Assembly (NCBI RefSeq): GCF_006345805.1
Contig: NC_043000.1
Location: 22,506,001 to 22,570,000, forward strand
Direction: 5' to 3'
Source: Octopus sinensis
Lineage: Eukaryota
DNA length: 64,000 nucleotides
Below, piece by piece: positions 23,028 to 34,330 of this stretch. A model generated the notes under the pieces. It was not told the DNA's origin and did not search any database. It was given only the letters and a program-made list of their open reading frames with translations. The translations under genes and the position numbers were made by a program. The stretch's first letter is position 1. Each line of letters starts with the position of its first letter.

Positions 23028-23499
23028 TTTAGTGTTAAATTATGATACAAATATTTTCCTTTTCATATTCATATTCCCTTCATAATGGTAGCGGGGTTCC
23101 CAAAGGGGTCTCAATGAGTAGCATCCCTGCCTTCTTGAGCTAGTTTTCCACTACATTTCTTAAAAATCGTGGTAGAGGCCTTGGTCTTGGGACCACTCGT
23201 GTCTAGAAACTGAGTTTGGGGGTAAGCAAGGGCATGCTCCCCATAGAAAATCCAGCTCCAAAAAAACCTCATGACAGCAAAGGAGAATGGGCATCAGCCA
23301 GCCCAAAGGTTGGGGTGGGTGCACCTGCCTACCTTGGTTGCTATGGCATTGAGGTAGATCTAGCCACCCCCATTAATGGGGACAAAACCCGGATTTAAGA
23401 CACTGAATTCACACTTTTCCTTATGTATATGTTGGACCCCAGTTTTTTCATTTAAAATCAAGTATAAAGCAGTGTGCCTCATACATGACCAAAAATATG

Positions 23500-23900
23500 G
23501 TACATTCATATCTTTTATCTTTTGCCTGTTTCAGTCATTAGACTGTGGCCATGCTGGAGTACTGCTTTGAATTTTTAGTCAAATGAATCGACACCAGTGC
23601 TTCTTTTTTTAAGCCTGGTACTTATTCTATTGGTCACTTTTGCTGAACCGCTAAGTTACAGGGATGTAAACACACCAATACCAGTTGTCAAGTGGTGATG
23701 GTGGGGGGAGGGACAAACACACACACACACAGATATAGATATGCAATGGGCTTCTTTCAGTTTCCGTCTACCAAATACACTCACAAGACTTTGGTTGGTC
23801 CGATGCTTTAGTAGAAGACACTTGCCCAAGGTGCCACTCAGTGGGGCTAAACCCAGAACCATGTGGTTGGTAAGCAAGCTATTTACCACACAGCCACTCC
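23500..23900 (-). mobile_element. Full OR-like SINE
   Basis: Reverse complement of head and tail. Confidence 0.85.
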
Positions 23901-24442
23901 TACGCCTATCTTGCCTTAGAATTTATGTATCTATGTGTAAATGTGTTTATACAGCCCTCATATATTTCCATTTCTTTCTGTCTTATATTTATCGTATTTT
24001 ATTTCATATGTCTACACAGTTGACTTTTGTATTCTGCTTTGTTTTATTTTACGACCTAGTGAACTAGACTGATCCTCACTCCCGTCTCCATTCACCCTCA
24101 CCTTATCATACATCATCATCTCCATTTCTGAAGATATATCAATAATAGTATTACAAGTAAGCTTTACTATGATTTTAACACCAAACGAAACTGCAGTAAG
24201 TCATAATCTTGAGCTGTCTCTTCAAGTGTTGATTTCTCTATAACTGCGAATGTCTGCACATCACTGTAATATTACTGGACCACTGAACTTGACATGTTGT
24301 TTTCTCTTGTTCCTTTTTGTCAAAGAGTGTGGGCTCGAAACGTAAAAGACTTTTCCATTTGTCAAACAAATACACTTGCTTGTTGTTCCTACACCTGTCT
24401 TTGTTTTTCAATAAATTTGAATTACATATATATATATATATA

Positions 24443-24704
24443 TGCCAGCGCCGTCCCGACTGGTCTCGTGCCGGTGGCACGTAAAAAGCACGATCCGATC
24501 GTGGCTGTTTGCCAGCCTTGTCTGGCACATAAAAAGCATCCACTACACTCACAGAGTGGTTGGCGTTAGGAAGGGCATCCAGCCGTAGAAACATTGCCAG
24601 ATCAGACTGGGCCTGGTGCAGCCTTCTGGCTTCCCAGACCCCAGTTGAACCGTCCAATCCGTGCTAGCATGGAAAGCGGACGCTAAACGATGATGATGAT
24701 GATG

Positions 24705-24705
<1 letters not shown>
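24443..24705 (+). mobile_element. RTE 3'-UTR copy in (TA)n
   Basis: Tail match; TA flanks. Confidence 0.9.
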
Positions 24706-24748
<43 letters not shown>

Positions 24749-24751
24749 TAT

Positions 24752-25000
24752 ATCATCATCATCGTTAAACGTCCGTTTTCCGTGCTAGCACGGGTTGGAC
24801 GGTTCGACCAGGGTCTGGAAACCCAGGAGGCTGCACTAGGCTCCAGTCTGATCTGGCAGTGTTTCTACAGCTGGATGCCCTTCCTAATGCCAACCACTCC
24901 ATGAGTATAGTGGGTGCTTTATACGTGCCACTGGCACAGGTATCACAACTACAATTTCCATTTGATATTTATTTTGATGTTGATGTGCTTGACTCAATAG
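24752..25000 (-). mobile_element. RTE 3'-UTR copy, tail-to-tail with 24443-24705
   Basis: Reverse complement of the tail. Confidence 0.9.
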
Positions 25001-25472
25001 GTCTCCTCATGCACAAATATATATATATATCATTGTCATTTAATGTCTGCTTTCAATGCTAGCATGTGTTGGACGATTTCAATAAGAACTAGCAGGCCAG
25101 GAAGCCGCACCAGGCTCCAGTCTGATTTGAGAGGGTTTCTACAGCTTGATGCGCTTTCTAACACAAACCACTCTGTCAATATAGTGGGTGCTCTTTACAT
25201 GACTCTGGTATAGGTGCCAGTCAGGCGACACTGGCATCGTCCACACTCAAATGGTGTTTTCTTCGTGCCAACAAAAGGGTCAATAGCAGCCATGATGTTG
25301 TTGCCAGACAGATCTCATCAAATTAAAGCTATTCATGATAACATCTTGGTTTCTACCTATAACAACAATCACAGTCTTTGATTTTTATGCATCAAACATC
25401 ATTCTTGTCACAGCTGTTCATATTCATTAAGCCAGGTGTAGAAACTGTGATGAACAGTGTCACTACAGAAAG

Positions 25473-25517
<45 letters not shown>

Positions 25518-25653
25518 CACAACTTATAAACAAGGGCAAAAGAAAAAATTCCAATGCCGAAATATAGACTTATTCGTCAATAACCATATAATTTATCACT
25601 ATAAGCACGCATCTCAAAAGCATGCCGATAGACATTTCTAAAAAATTTTGTTA

Positions 25654-25715
25654 TTATCGGATCGGTCCCAATTTCTGAGTTAATTCATTTAGAATTTTCT
25701 CGTCATCAGCAATAA
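25654..25715 (-). ncRNA. Type I hammerhead-like motif
   Basis: Reverse complement reads ttattg CTGATGA cgag-aaaattc-taaat-gaatt-aa-ctca GAAA ttgg-ga-ccga TC cgataa. Confidence 0.6.
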
Positions 25716-26282
25716 ATACGATAAGGAAATAAATGAGATACTTACTTGCACCCATGGAAGAAGTAAATACTAAGTCATGTGTACATTTAAGTACCCCAAA
25801 TATATCCAAAATAGAAATTCAACAGCATACCACGAGACACGTGTGATCGAACTGAAAATTCTCATAGAGTGAGAGAGTCCGGAAGTGAATAGTATTAAAT
25901 TTATATCTAATATAGGATAAAAATTTTTGAAAAAAATTTTTATTAATGGCCAGCATATTAAAAAAATACCTTTAAAGGTTAAATTTCATAAACAACTCAT
26001 AAACAAGGGCAAAAGAAAAAATTCCAATGCCAAATATGCCGTAATATAGACTTATTCGTCAATTTTTTCGAAAATTTTTATCCTATATTAGATATAAATT
26101 TAATACTATTCACTTCCGGACTCTCTCACTCTATGAGAATTGTCAGTTCGATCACACGTGTCTTGTGGTATGCTGTTGAATTTCTATTTTGGATATATTT
26201 GGGGTACTTAAATGTACACATGACTTAATATTTACTTCTTCCATGGGTGCCAGTAAGTATCTCATTTATTTCCTTATCGTAT

Positions 26283-26344
26283 TTATTGCTGATGATGAGA
26301 AAATTCTAAATGAATTAACTTAGAAATTGGGACCGATCTGATAA
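26283..26344 (+). ncRNA. Type I hammerhead-like motif
   Basis: ttattg CTGATGA tgag…ctta GAAA ttgggaccga TC tgataa. Core intact, AUC triplet, helices contain G-U pairs. Confidence 0.6.
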
Positions 26345-26589
26345 TAAGAAAATTTTTTTAGAAATTTCTATCGGCTTGCTTTTGAGATGCGTGCTTATAG
26401 TGATAAATTATATAGTTATTGACGAATAAGTCTATATTTCGGCATATTTGGCATTGGAATTTTTTCTTTTGCCCTTGTTTATAAGTTGTTTATGAAATTT
26501 AACCTTTAAAGGTATTTTCTTAATATGCTGGCCATTGATAAAAATTTTTTCGAAAATTTTTATCATATATTAGATATATTCCCTCTCTC

Positions 26590-26790
26590 TCTTTCAGAGA
26601 GGCACTGAGCAGCTATACGCACACATACACACGTGTGGCAGTAACTCCTGCCTACCGAATTCAATCACAAAGCTTCGGTCGACTCGGGGCTATAGTGAAA
26701 GACACCTACCGAAAGTGCCACGCAGTGGGACTGAACCCGAAACCATATAGCTAGGAAGCAAGCTCCCTAACCACACGGCCATGCCCGCGC
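26590..26790 (-). mobile_element. OR-like SINE 5' half
   Basis: Reverse complement of the head: gtgccacgcagtgggactgaacccgaaaccat. Confidence 0.8.
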
Positions 26791-27459
26791 CTACATATAT
26801 ATATATATATATTTCACTGCATTCTGGTATATCATCCATCACTAATTCCAACACTTAGGCTTGCCATAATAAGTGGCTTTGCTACTGGCATTTCAAGATT
26901 GTCTCTTCAAAATTGGGAAAGGAAGATTTACAAGTCTTTGTAAGACATTAATAGTTCAGAATTCTTCATCAGTAAATTTATCATAAACGAACAATCACTT
27001 ATTAAGCATTGTTCTTCCAAGTGTGTGACTGCGGCTGACTCTTCTCTGTCCACTTGTATCCATGGTTACTTCTTGAACAACTTCAAACTTCTAAAGGCAT
27101 GGATGGTAATCAGATTGACACTTGGTTTAACCACACAAAGAAGCTGCTCGCCATAATGTATCTAATGGAGAGAGTGCTCTGCTGCTCTCTTATCTTAGGA
27201 TGATGATAAAAGTGTGCTTGGCTGAAGCTGCTACACAATTATCTGGCTGAGGAAAATCTCTTGTAATAACTCAATACAAACTATGTGTGTGTGTGTGTGA
27301 TTATCTTTTAATGGCCATATTCCTTTCTGGTATGGGTTGGACAGTTTAACAGGATCTAATGTGTCCAGGGACTGCACCATGCTCCAATGCCTGCTTTGGG
27401 ATCGCTTCTATGGCTGGATGCCCTTCCTAATGCCAAACACTTTACAATATATACTGGGT

Positions 27460-28420
27460 GCTTTTCTTGTGCTACTAGCACTAGTGAAGTTGCCATGCAG
27501 CTGACAAATCTACAAGACCTGGGAGGTGGGGCGTTATGCTTGAAGATAGGGCTTAAGGTATGTAAAATGGGGTTGAGGCAGAGTAGGTTCTAGTTCTAGA
27601 GGGGCAACATGGCTACTCTCATTTGGGATAGAGTTATATATAAATTGTTAGCAGCTACAAAAAAGTCAAATAGTTGTGATGAGGTGTCCAGGTGGCATCT
27701 CAAAGTGCAAAGTGAGTAGGGGTGGGGACAGAGAAACTAGGAGTGTATGGAGGAAGGAAAAGGGGAGAGGGAACTCTACCCACACGGGCAGGGTTAAATG
27801 GGTTATTTCTATTCTCCACAATGGGTCAGGGAACCACACCTCACTCACAAGTTTAATCTTTGGTTTTGTTTCTGCAGCTTGACACCATTCCTAACACCAG
27901 CAACTTTACAGAATGCAGTGGGTGCATATTTTAAAGATACCAGCACCAAACGGTGCACAACAGAGAGTATCGAGTACATTTTATCATGGCAGTAGAATTA
28001 GAGAGGATGGGAGACAGAGTGATGGGTAGCAAGAGGTGGATAAATGGCAAGAGTGAATAATGGATGTCAGTTCCAAACAGCCAGGGAGGAATACAGATAG
28101 AGTGTGTGAGGTATATACAGGTGTGACAAGATCCCCTGGGGAATGCCTCATGATGGCAAGAGAACTGGTGTCATGACAGTGAGGGAGGAAAGGATGGAAT
28201 ATTGGAGAGAGGGTCATGGCATTTCTAGTTACACTTGAAGCTATTTATGGTGAGCCAAAGGAGATCCAGTGTTATCCTTAGTTACATCAGCATCTAAGAA
28301 GAGTTGGGATGAGAGATGGGCAATAGAGGCATAAACACTAGAGACATGAGATTAAAGGGGCATGGAGTGGTGATTGATAGGGGTATTAGAAGCTATATGG
28401 GGGTGGGGTCAAAAATGTAG
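27460..28420 (+). repeat. Unclassified purine-rich repeats
   Basis: Similar to 7478-7835. Confidence 0.4.
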
Positions 28421-29309
28421 CCATAACACTTTGTATATGCATACACACACACAGATATACCATTACAACACACACACATACATACGTGTTTGTGTGTGTA
28501 TTTAGGAAGCTGACTGTTGTGGCTGGTCAGAGAGTGACCACTGGTTTCATATCTATTAAGCACTTTGCCATATAGGTACTTCTTTTTTGGATTTATGAAC
28601 TTCTAACAATTTATAAATATAATAAATATATTTGTACATATATACACACATACACATACACACTCACACATATATGTACCTATAAGCATTATAAATTTGT
28701 ATGTATCGTACAAGCCTAAATATACATATAGACACTTAGACACATATACACGAACACTTGTTCCACAATGCCTGGACAGGAAGGTATGTCTTCTCCTGCA
28801 TAAGATGCAACAACTTCAAATACATCTTCACCACTTTGTCCTAAGCGTTCCTTGGTTTTTGTCTTCAGCCAATTTCATTCACTTTACACACGCAACAGGG
28901 ACACATAAACCACAGACCCCCACTCCCACCCCACCCCCATTCAGTAGTAAAGAGAATCGTGCACCTTATGTTCTTTATCTACCAGAGAGAGAGAGAGAGA
29001 GAGAGAGAGCATTGTATAATATATGCTTGTTGAGAATGAATGACAGACATGAAAAAAATAAAAGGTGTTTTGCCATTTCCATCTTCAGAACAGTTTCGAT
29101 GTGTTGCTAGGTTAACATTTACAAACTACAATACACATCTATATAATATGCTGCTAGGATGTGACTATTGTTTATAATTTTCTCTTACATGTCATGGAAC
29201 TGTTATTTCATCTTGCTCTCGCTCTATTCTGGGCGGTTGTTGCTGAATAAAGCTATTTCCTTATTCAATACACACACACACACTTTCTGAACAAGACAGG
29301 TACATAGGC

Positions 29310-29700
29310 ACAAACCTTTTACTTGCTTCAGTCATTAGACCACGGCTATGCTGGGGTACCACCTTGAAAATATGTACCCCACTACTTATTTTGTTAATGT
29401 CTTTTGTCAAACTGCTAAGTTACAGAGATGTAAACACACCAACACCGGTTGTCAAATGGTGATGGGGGAGGGGGAGAAACACAGGAACAAAGACACACAC
29501 ACACATGCACATTTGTGTGTTTGTATATATATATGTGTGTATATATTCGATGGGCTTCTTTCAGTTTCCATCTACCAAATCCACTCACAAAGCTTTGGTC
29601 AGCCCGAGGTTATTAGTAGAAGACACCAGCCCATGGTGCCATGCAGTGGGACTGAACCTGAAACTATGTGGTTTTGAAGAAACTTCTTACCACACAGTGA
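29310..29700 (-). mobile_element. OR-like SINE
   Basis: Reverse complement of head and tail. Confidence 0.8.
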
Positions 29701-30261
29701 CATCTGTACCTATCTACAATTTTCCCTCACATGTCATGGTAATTGTTATTTTATCTTGCTCTTTCTCTCTCTCTCTCTATTCTGAGCTGTTGTTGCTGTC
29801 TAAAGCTATTTCCCTATTCATTGTACACACACTTTAACAAAGATTTGCTTTTTTTAATTTCCAATAACTCAATATCTACATTACAGAAAACATAACTAAA
29901 ATCTATTTATTGTGTCATCATCCTCTCAATATTCACAGACCAGCAAAGGTCCCAAAATCTATGAGAGGTCATTTACATGGTCATTGACCTGTTAGAAATA
30001 ACAGTCAAATCTCCCCCATATTACATTCCGCTGTCTTAAAAATAGAATGATTTTGATTACAGTTCTGCTCAATCAGGACTCACCCAAATAACAATGACAA
30101 AACCTGATCAAAATTTACAAAAGGAGAAAGTAATACAAAAGATAACTCCACAAGTATTGTCATTCCAACCCAACTATCTGTATATAAACAAACTATATAT
30201 AGACTAAAAGAGTAAATGGTGTTGAAAATACAATAAGAATTTATAGTTGCCAAGTTGCTGT

Positions 30262-30985
30262 CTAATATTTCTATGATAAAAGAATTTGTTTACCTAAGAG
30301 TGACAGTCAAGAAAGCCAGGGGCAAAAGAGAGGACTTAAAGAATAGAATATCCAAAGTCTGGAGAGCATTCTACAGTCTAAGAAAGGTGTGGAGAAGCAA
30401 AGGTTTAGGGTGGGAAATGGAAGCTGTTCAAGACATTGGTCCGACCAGGATTAGTCTTTGGATGTGAAAACAGGAAAGTGACAAAAGTGGAAGGGAAAAC
30501 AATAGACAGCTTCCACCTCACATGGTTATGGAGAATACTTGACTTTGGCTGCAAAAGTGTTTGAATTGAGATGACAAGGTGATCAGTGATGAAATATGAT
30601 GCAGATGCTGAAACTAGATTGGAGATGTCCTCAGACAGAATTTCACAATAAATATTAATGGAAATGTCTGCAGGAATTTACCATTCCAATCTTTTACTCA
30701 CAAAAATGCTAAAAGCTGTAATACTTCTCTGGGATACAAAGATCACAGCTTCTAAAGCCTGTTATATAGCAAATCTAGAGTGGCACTAAAGTGGAAGCCT
30801 GGAGGAAAAAGAGCAGCAGGGCTCCTCAAAACCACATAGCAAAGGACCATTGACAAGGAAAGACAGCGAGAAGAGTGGTAAAGCTAGAATGATAGGAAAA
30901 CTGTGACAGAAAATAGTGCTAGTTGGAGAGATTGTGTTGTGGCCTTATGTGTCTCATGGCATGTAGAGAACTAACTAACTAAGAA
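30262..30985 (+). mobile_element. Old RTE-type LINE 3' fragment (second family)
   Basis: Degenerate translation KEFVYL…RISKVWRAFYSLRKVW…GCE.WKVTK…IDSFHLTWLWRIL…IGDVLR…RVALKWKPGGKR; (ACTA)n tail. Confidence 0.8.
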
Positions 30986-31008
30986 GGCATGCTTGCCTTT
31001 CCACACTT

Positions 31009-31237
31009 TTAACCCTTTCAATACCAACCTGCCTGAGACTGCCCTTGGCTCCTTTATGTCACAAACTTCCTGTTTTAAAATGATCTCAAAACTTTCCACC
31101 AAAATTTCATGTTACTTTATGTTCCAAACACCAGCTTACTAATGACCAAGTTATTTTACAAAATTCTTCATCATCTAAAAAATTAACTGGAATGCAGGCA
31201 GTGTGTTTCAACAGAAATATGGTAACAAAAGGATTAA
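31009..31237 (-). mobile_element. TTAA-type MITE family B
   Basis: TTAA-ccctttc terminus; reverse complement of 45297-45525. Confidence 0.7.
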
Positions 31238-32265
31238 AATTTATAAAATGAAAGGTTAAATTCTGTAGTCAAGTTGAAATGACAGAAACAATCATTTAGA
31301 GTAATTTTATACAAATTAGTGTTATACACAACAGAGGAAACACTTGATCTCTAACATTTTGATTCAGTATCATTTATGTTAAAATCCACATTTATAAAAC
31401 TTTGGTATTTTATTTCAGGTATATCATCATTGTTGTTTTAATGTCTGCTTTCCCATGGTTTCATGGGTCAGATGGAGTTTATTGAAGCAGATTTTTTTAT
31501 GGCCAGATGTCCTTGCTTTTGCCAACCCTCACCCGTTTCCAAGCAAGGTGATATCCAGACATGTTAATGCAGGATATTCGAAATGAATGACACTGCATGC
31601 ATAACAGTGGCACTCGTTTACAACTATCACGCAATGTCAAGACCAGGAGATAGAAACTTTCTCTCACACACATACACATACATACAATGGACTTATTTCA
31701 GTTTTTTTTTCTATGAAATCCATCTGCAAGGCCTTGGTCAGCCCAGGGCTAAAGTAGGAGACACTTACCGAAGGTGCTGTTACAGAAGGACTGACCCCAA
31801 GATCACATAGATGAGAGACAAGCTTGTCAACCATACAGTCATGCTTGTACCTGAAAATGATATCTTCATCTATTCACATGCAAAATAAACTATTTTAGCT
31901 AATTGATAGTTAGAAATTTCACAATAAATATTAATCGAAATGTCTGCAGGAATTTACCATTCCAATCTTTTACTCACAAAAACGCTAAAAGCTGTAATAC
32001 TTCTCTGAGATACAAAGACCACAGCTTCTAAAGCCTGTTATATAGGGGAAGATATGTCTTCTATAATGGGTCGATCGATTTTATAATTGCTAATATTATC
32101 ATCCTGGAAACTCCAGCTATATGTGGGAAGTGAGCTGCAAAACTTTATCTTCCCATGATCCACCATTTGTTGTCTTTCACTACTGTTAATTCACTTTATC
32201 CTCTCCGTCACGGCATCAGCCGGTACTCTAGGTATTTGGTTGTGCTGGCCCCAACCATAAATATA

Positions 32266-32270
<5 letters not shown>

Positions 32271-32318
<48 letters not shown>

Positions 32319-32330
32319 TATATATATATT
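32271..32330. repeat. (TA)n microsatellite
   Basis: Direct read. Confidence 0.95.
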
Positions 32331-32795
32331 AAATGATTGATACAGAAGACAGAGTGTAACTAGAAACTTTATTTAGCACAACAATTGTTTCAGCTCTCTT
32401 GAACACTGCTCCTTAGTGGGTGGGAAATGATGTAATGACATCAGATGCATTGTGCAGTGCAGAGAGCCTCATCAGGTGGTGTAATATGCTTCAAAAGTTA
32501 TAACATTTACATTTCGTTCCATGTTAAATGCTGGTTTTACTATGGTGTGTTGCTAGCAGCTCACACACATTGGTGAAGTAAGGATACTTGTGGTCAGGAA
32601 ATAGTTGATAAAAAAAATAAAAAAATACAAAGAATCGAATGTAAATGGGATTATGCTGCCTTATATATGGCAGCATATCTTAAGATGGCTTAACTGGGCG
32701 AAGCTTCAAAGTCACTGTATTCAAAAGAATAAAGTAACCCTCAGATTAATGTAAAAGTGTTTTTATTAGAACGAAACATAGAAACAAGCATATAT

Positions 32796-32849
<54 letters not shown>

Positions 32850-32854
<5 letters not shown>

Positions 32855-33210
32855 CTCTTTTACTCTTTTACTTGTTTCAGTCATTTGACTGCGGCCATGC
32901 TGGAGCACCGCCTTTAGTCGAGCAAATCGACCCCGGGACTTATTCTTTGTAAGCCCAGTACTTATTCTATCGGTCTCTTTTGCCGAACCGCTAAGTGACA
33001 GGGACGTAAACACACCAGCATCGGTTGTCAAGCAATGCTAGGGGGACAACCACAGACACACAAACATACACACACACATATATACATATATACGACAGGC
33101 TTCTTTTCAGTTTCCGTCTACCAAATCCACTCACAAGGCATTGGTCGGCCCGGGGCTATAGCAGAAGGCATAACCCGGAACCCCGTGGTTGGTTAGCAAG
33201 CTACTTACCA
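32850..33210 (-). mobile_element. Young OR-like SINE with an internal deletion in the head
   Basis: CpGs retained; tail (ctctttta)n on the plus strand. Confidence 0.9.
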
Positions 33211-33369
33211 CACAGCCACATAATATATATGTATATATTATCATCATCATCATCATCATATGTCCATTGTTCATGCTGGCATGGGTGGAATAGTTTGATC
33301 AGAACTGGCAAGCTGGGGAGCTGCACCAGATTCCAGTCTGATTTGGCATATATATATATATATATATAA

Positions 33370-33740
33370 CTTTTTTACTCTCTTTTACTTGCTTGAGCCA
33401 TTTGACTGCGGCCATACTGGAGCACCGCCCTTAGTCGAGCAAATTGACCCCAGGACTTATTCTTTGTAAGCCTAGTTTTTATTCTATCAGTCTCTTTTGC
33501 TGAACCGCTAAGTTATGGGGACATAAACACAACAGCATTGGGGGGGACAAACATATACACACACATACATATAACATATATACGACAGGCTTCTTTCAGT
33601 TTCTGTCCACAAAATCCACTCACAAGGGATATAGTAGAAGACACTTGCCCAAGGTGCTACGCAGTTCCAACCCGGACTGAACCTGGAACCATGTGGTTGG
33701 TAAGCAAGCTACTTACCACACAGCCACTCCTGCGTCTATT
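33370..33740 (-). mobile_element. OR-like SINE
   Basis: Reverse complement of head and tail. Confidence 0.8.
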
Positions 33741-34094
33741 ACTCATGTTTTGAATTCTAGTTACCTTGTTTGCATTACCAAACCTATCTATATCTATCTG
33801 TCATTATCATTGTCGTCATCATCATCATCATTGTCATAATTATTATTTGACATCCACTTTTCTATGCTTGCATGGGTCAGATGGAATTTGTCGAGGTGCC
33901 CTTCTTGTTACCAACCCACACCTGTTTCCAAGTGAAGTAATATTTCCCCATAGCCAGACCAGACATGTTTTCATGGAAGACTGGAAATGAATAAAATCAC
34001 TTATATGATGGTGATGCTAATTTGCAATCATCACATGATGCCAAGACAGGAGTAAATGTACACACACACACATAGATAATGGGCATCTTTCAGC

Positions 34095-34330
34095 TTCTTA
34101 TTTCTTTATTGCCCACAAGGGGCTAAACATAGAGGGGCTAAACAAAGACAGGCAAACAGATTAAGTCAATTACATCACCCCCAGTGCATAACTTGTACTT
34201 AATTTATCGGCCCTGAAAGGATGAAAGGCAAAGTCAACCTCGGCGGAATTTGAACTCAGAACGTAAAGACAGACAAAATACCGCTAAGCATTTTGCCCAG
34301 CGTGCTAACGTTTCCAGCCAGCTCGCTACC
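34095..34330 (-). mobile_element. Type-A SINE
   Basis: Reverse complement of the gagctgg…gaaacgttagcacg head through the aataaagaaataagaa tail. Confidence 0.85.

Larger units (their letters stand above)
25513..26579. mobile_element. Palindromic hammerhead-containing repeat (about 475-nt unit); Penelope-like/retrozyme-like
   Basis: caagggcaaaag recurs at 25531 and 26004. The inverted arm has cgaaaattttta at 26069 and 26551. The arms abut near 26062. Confidence 0.8.
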
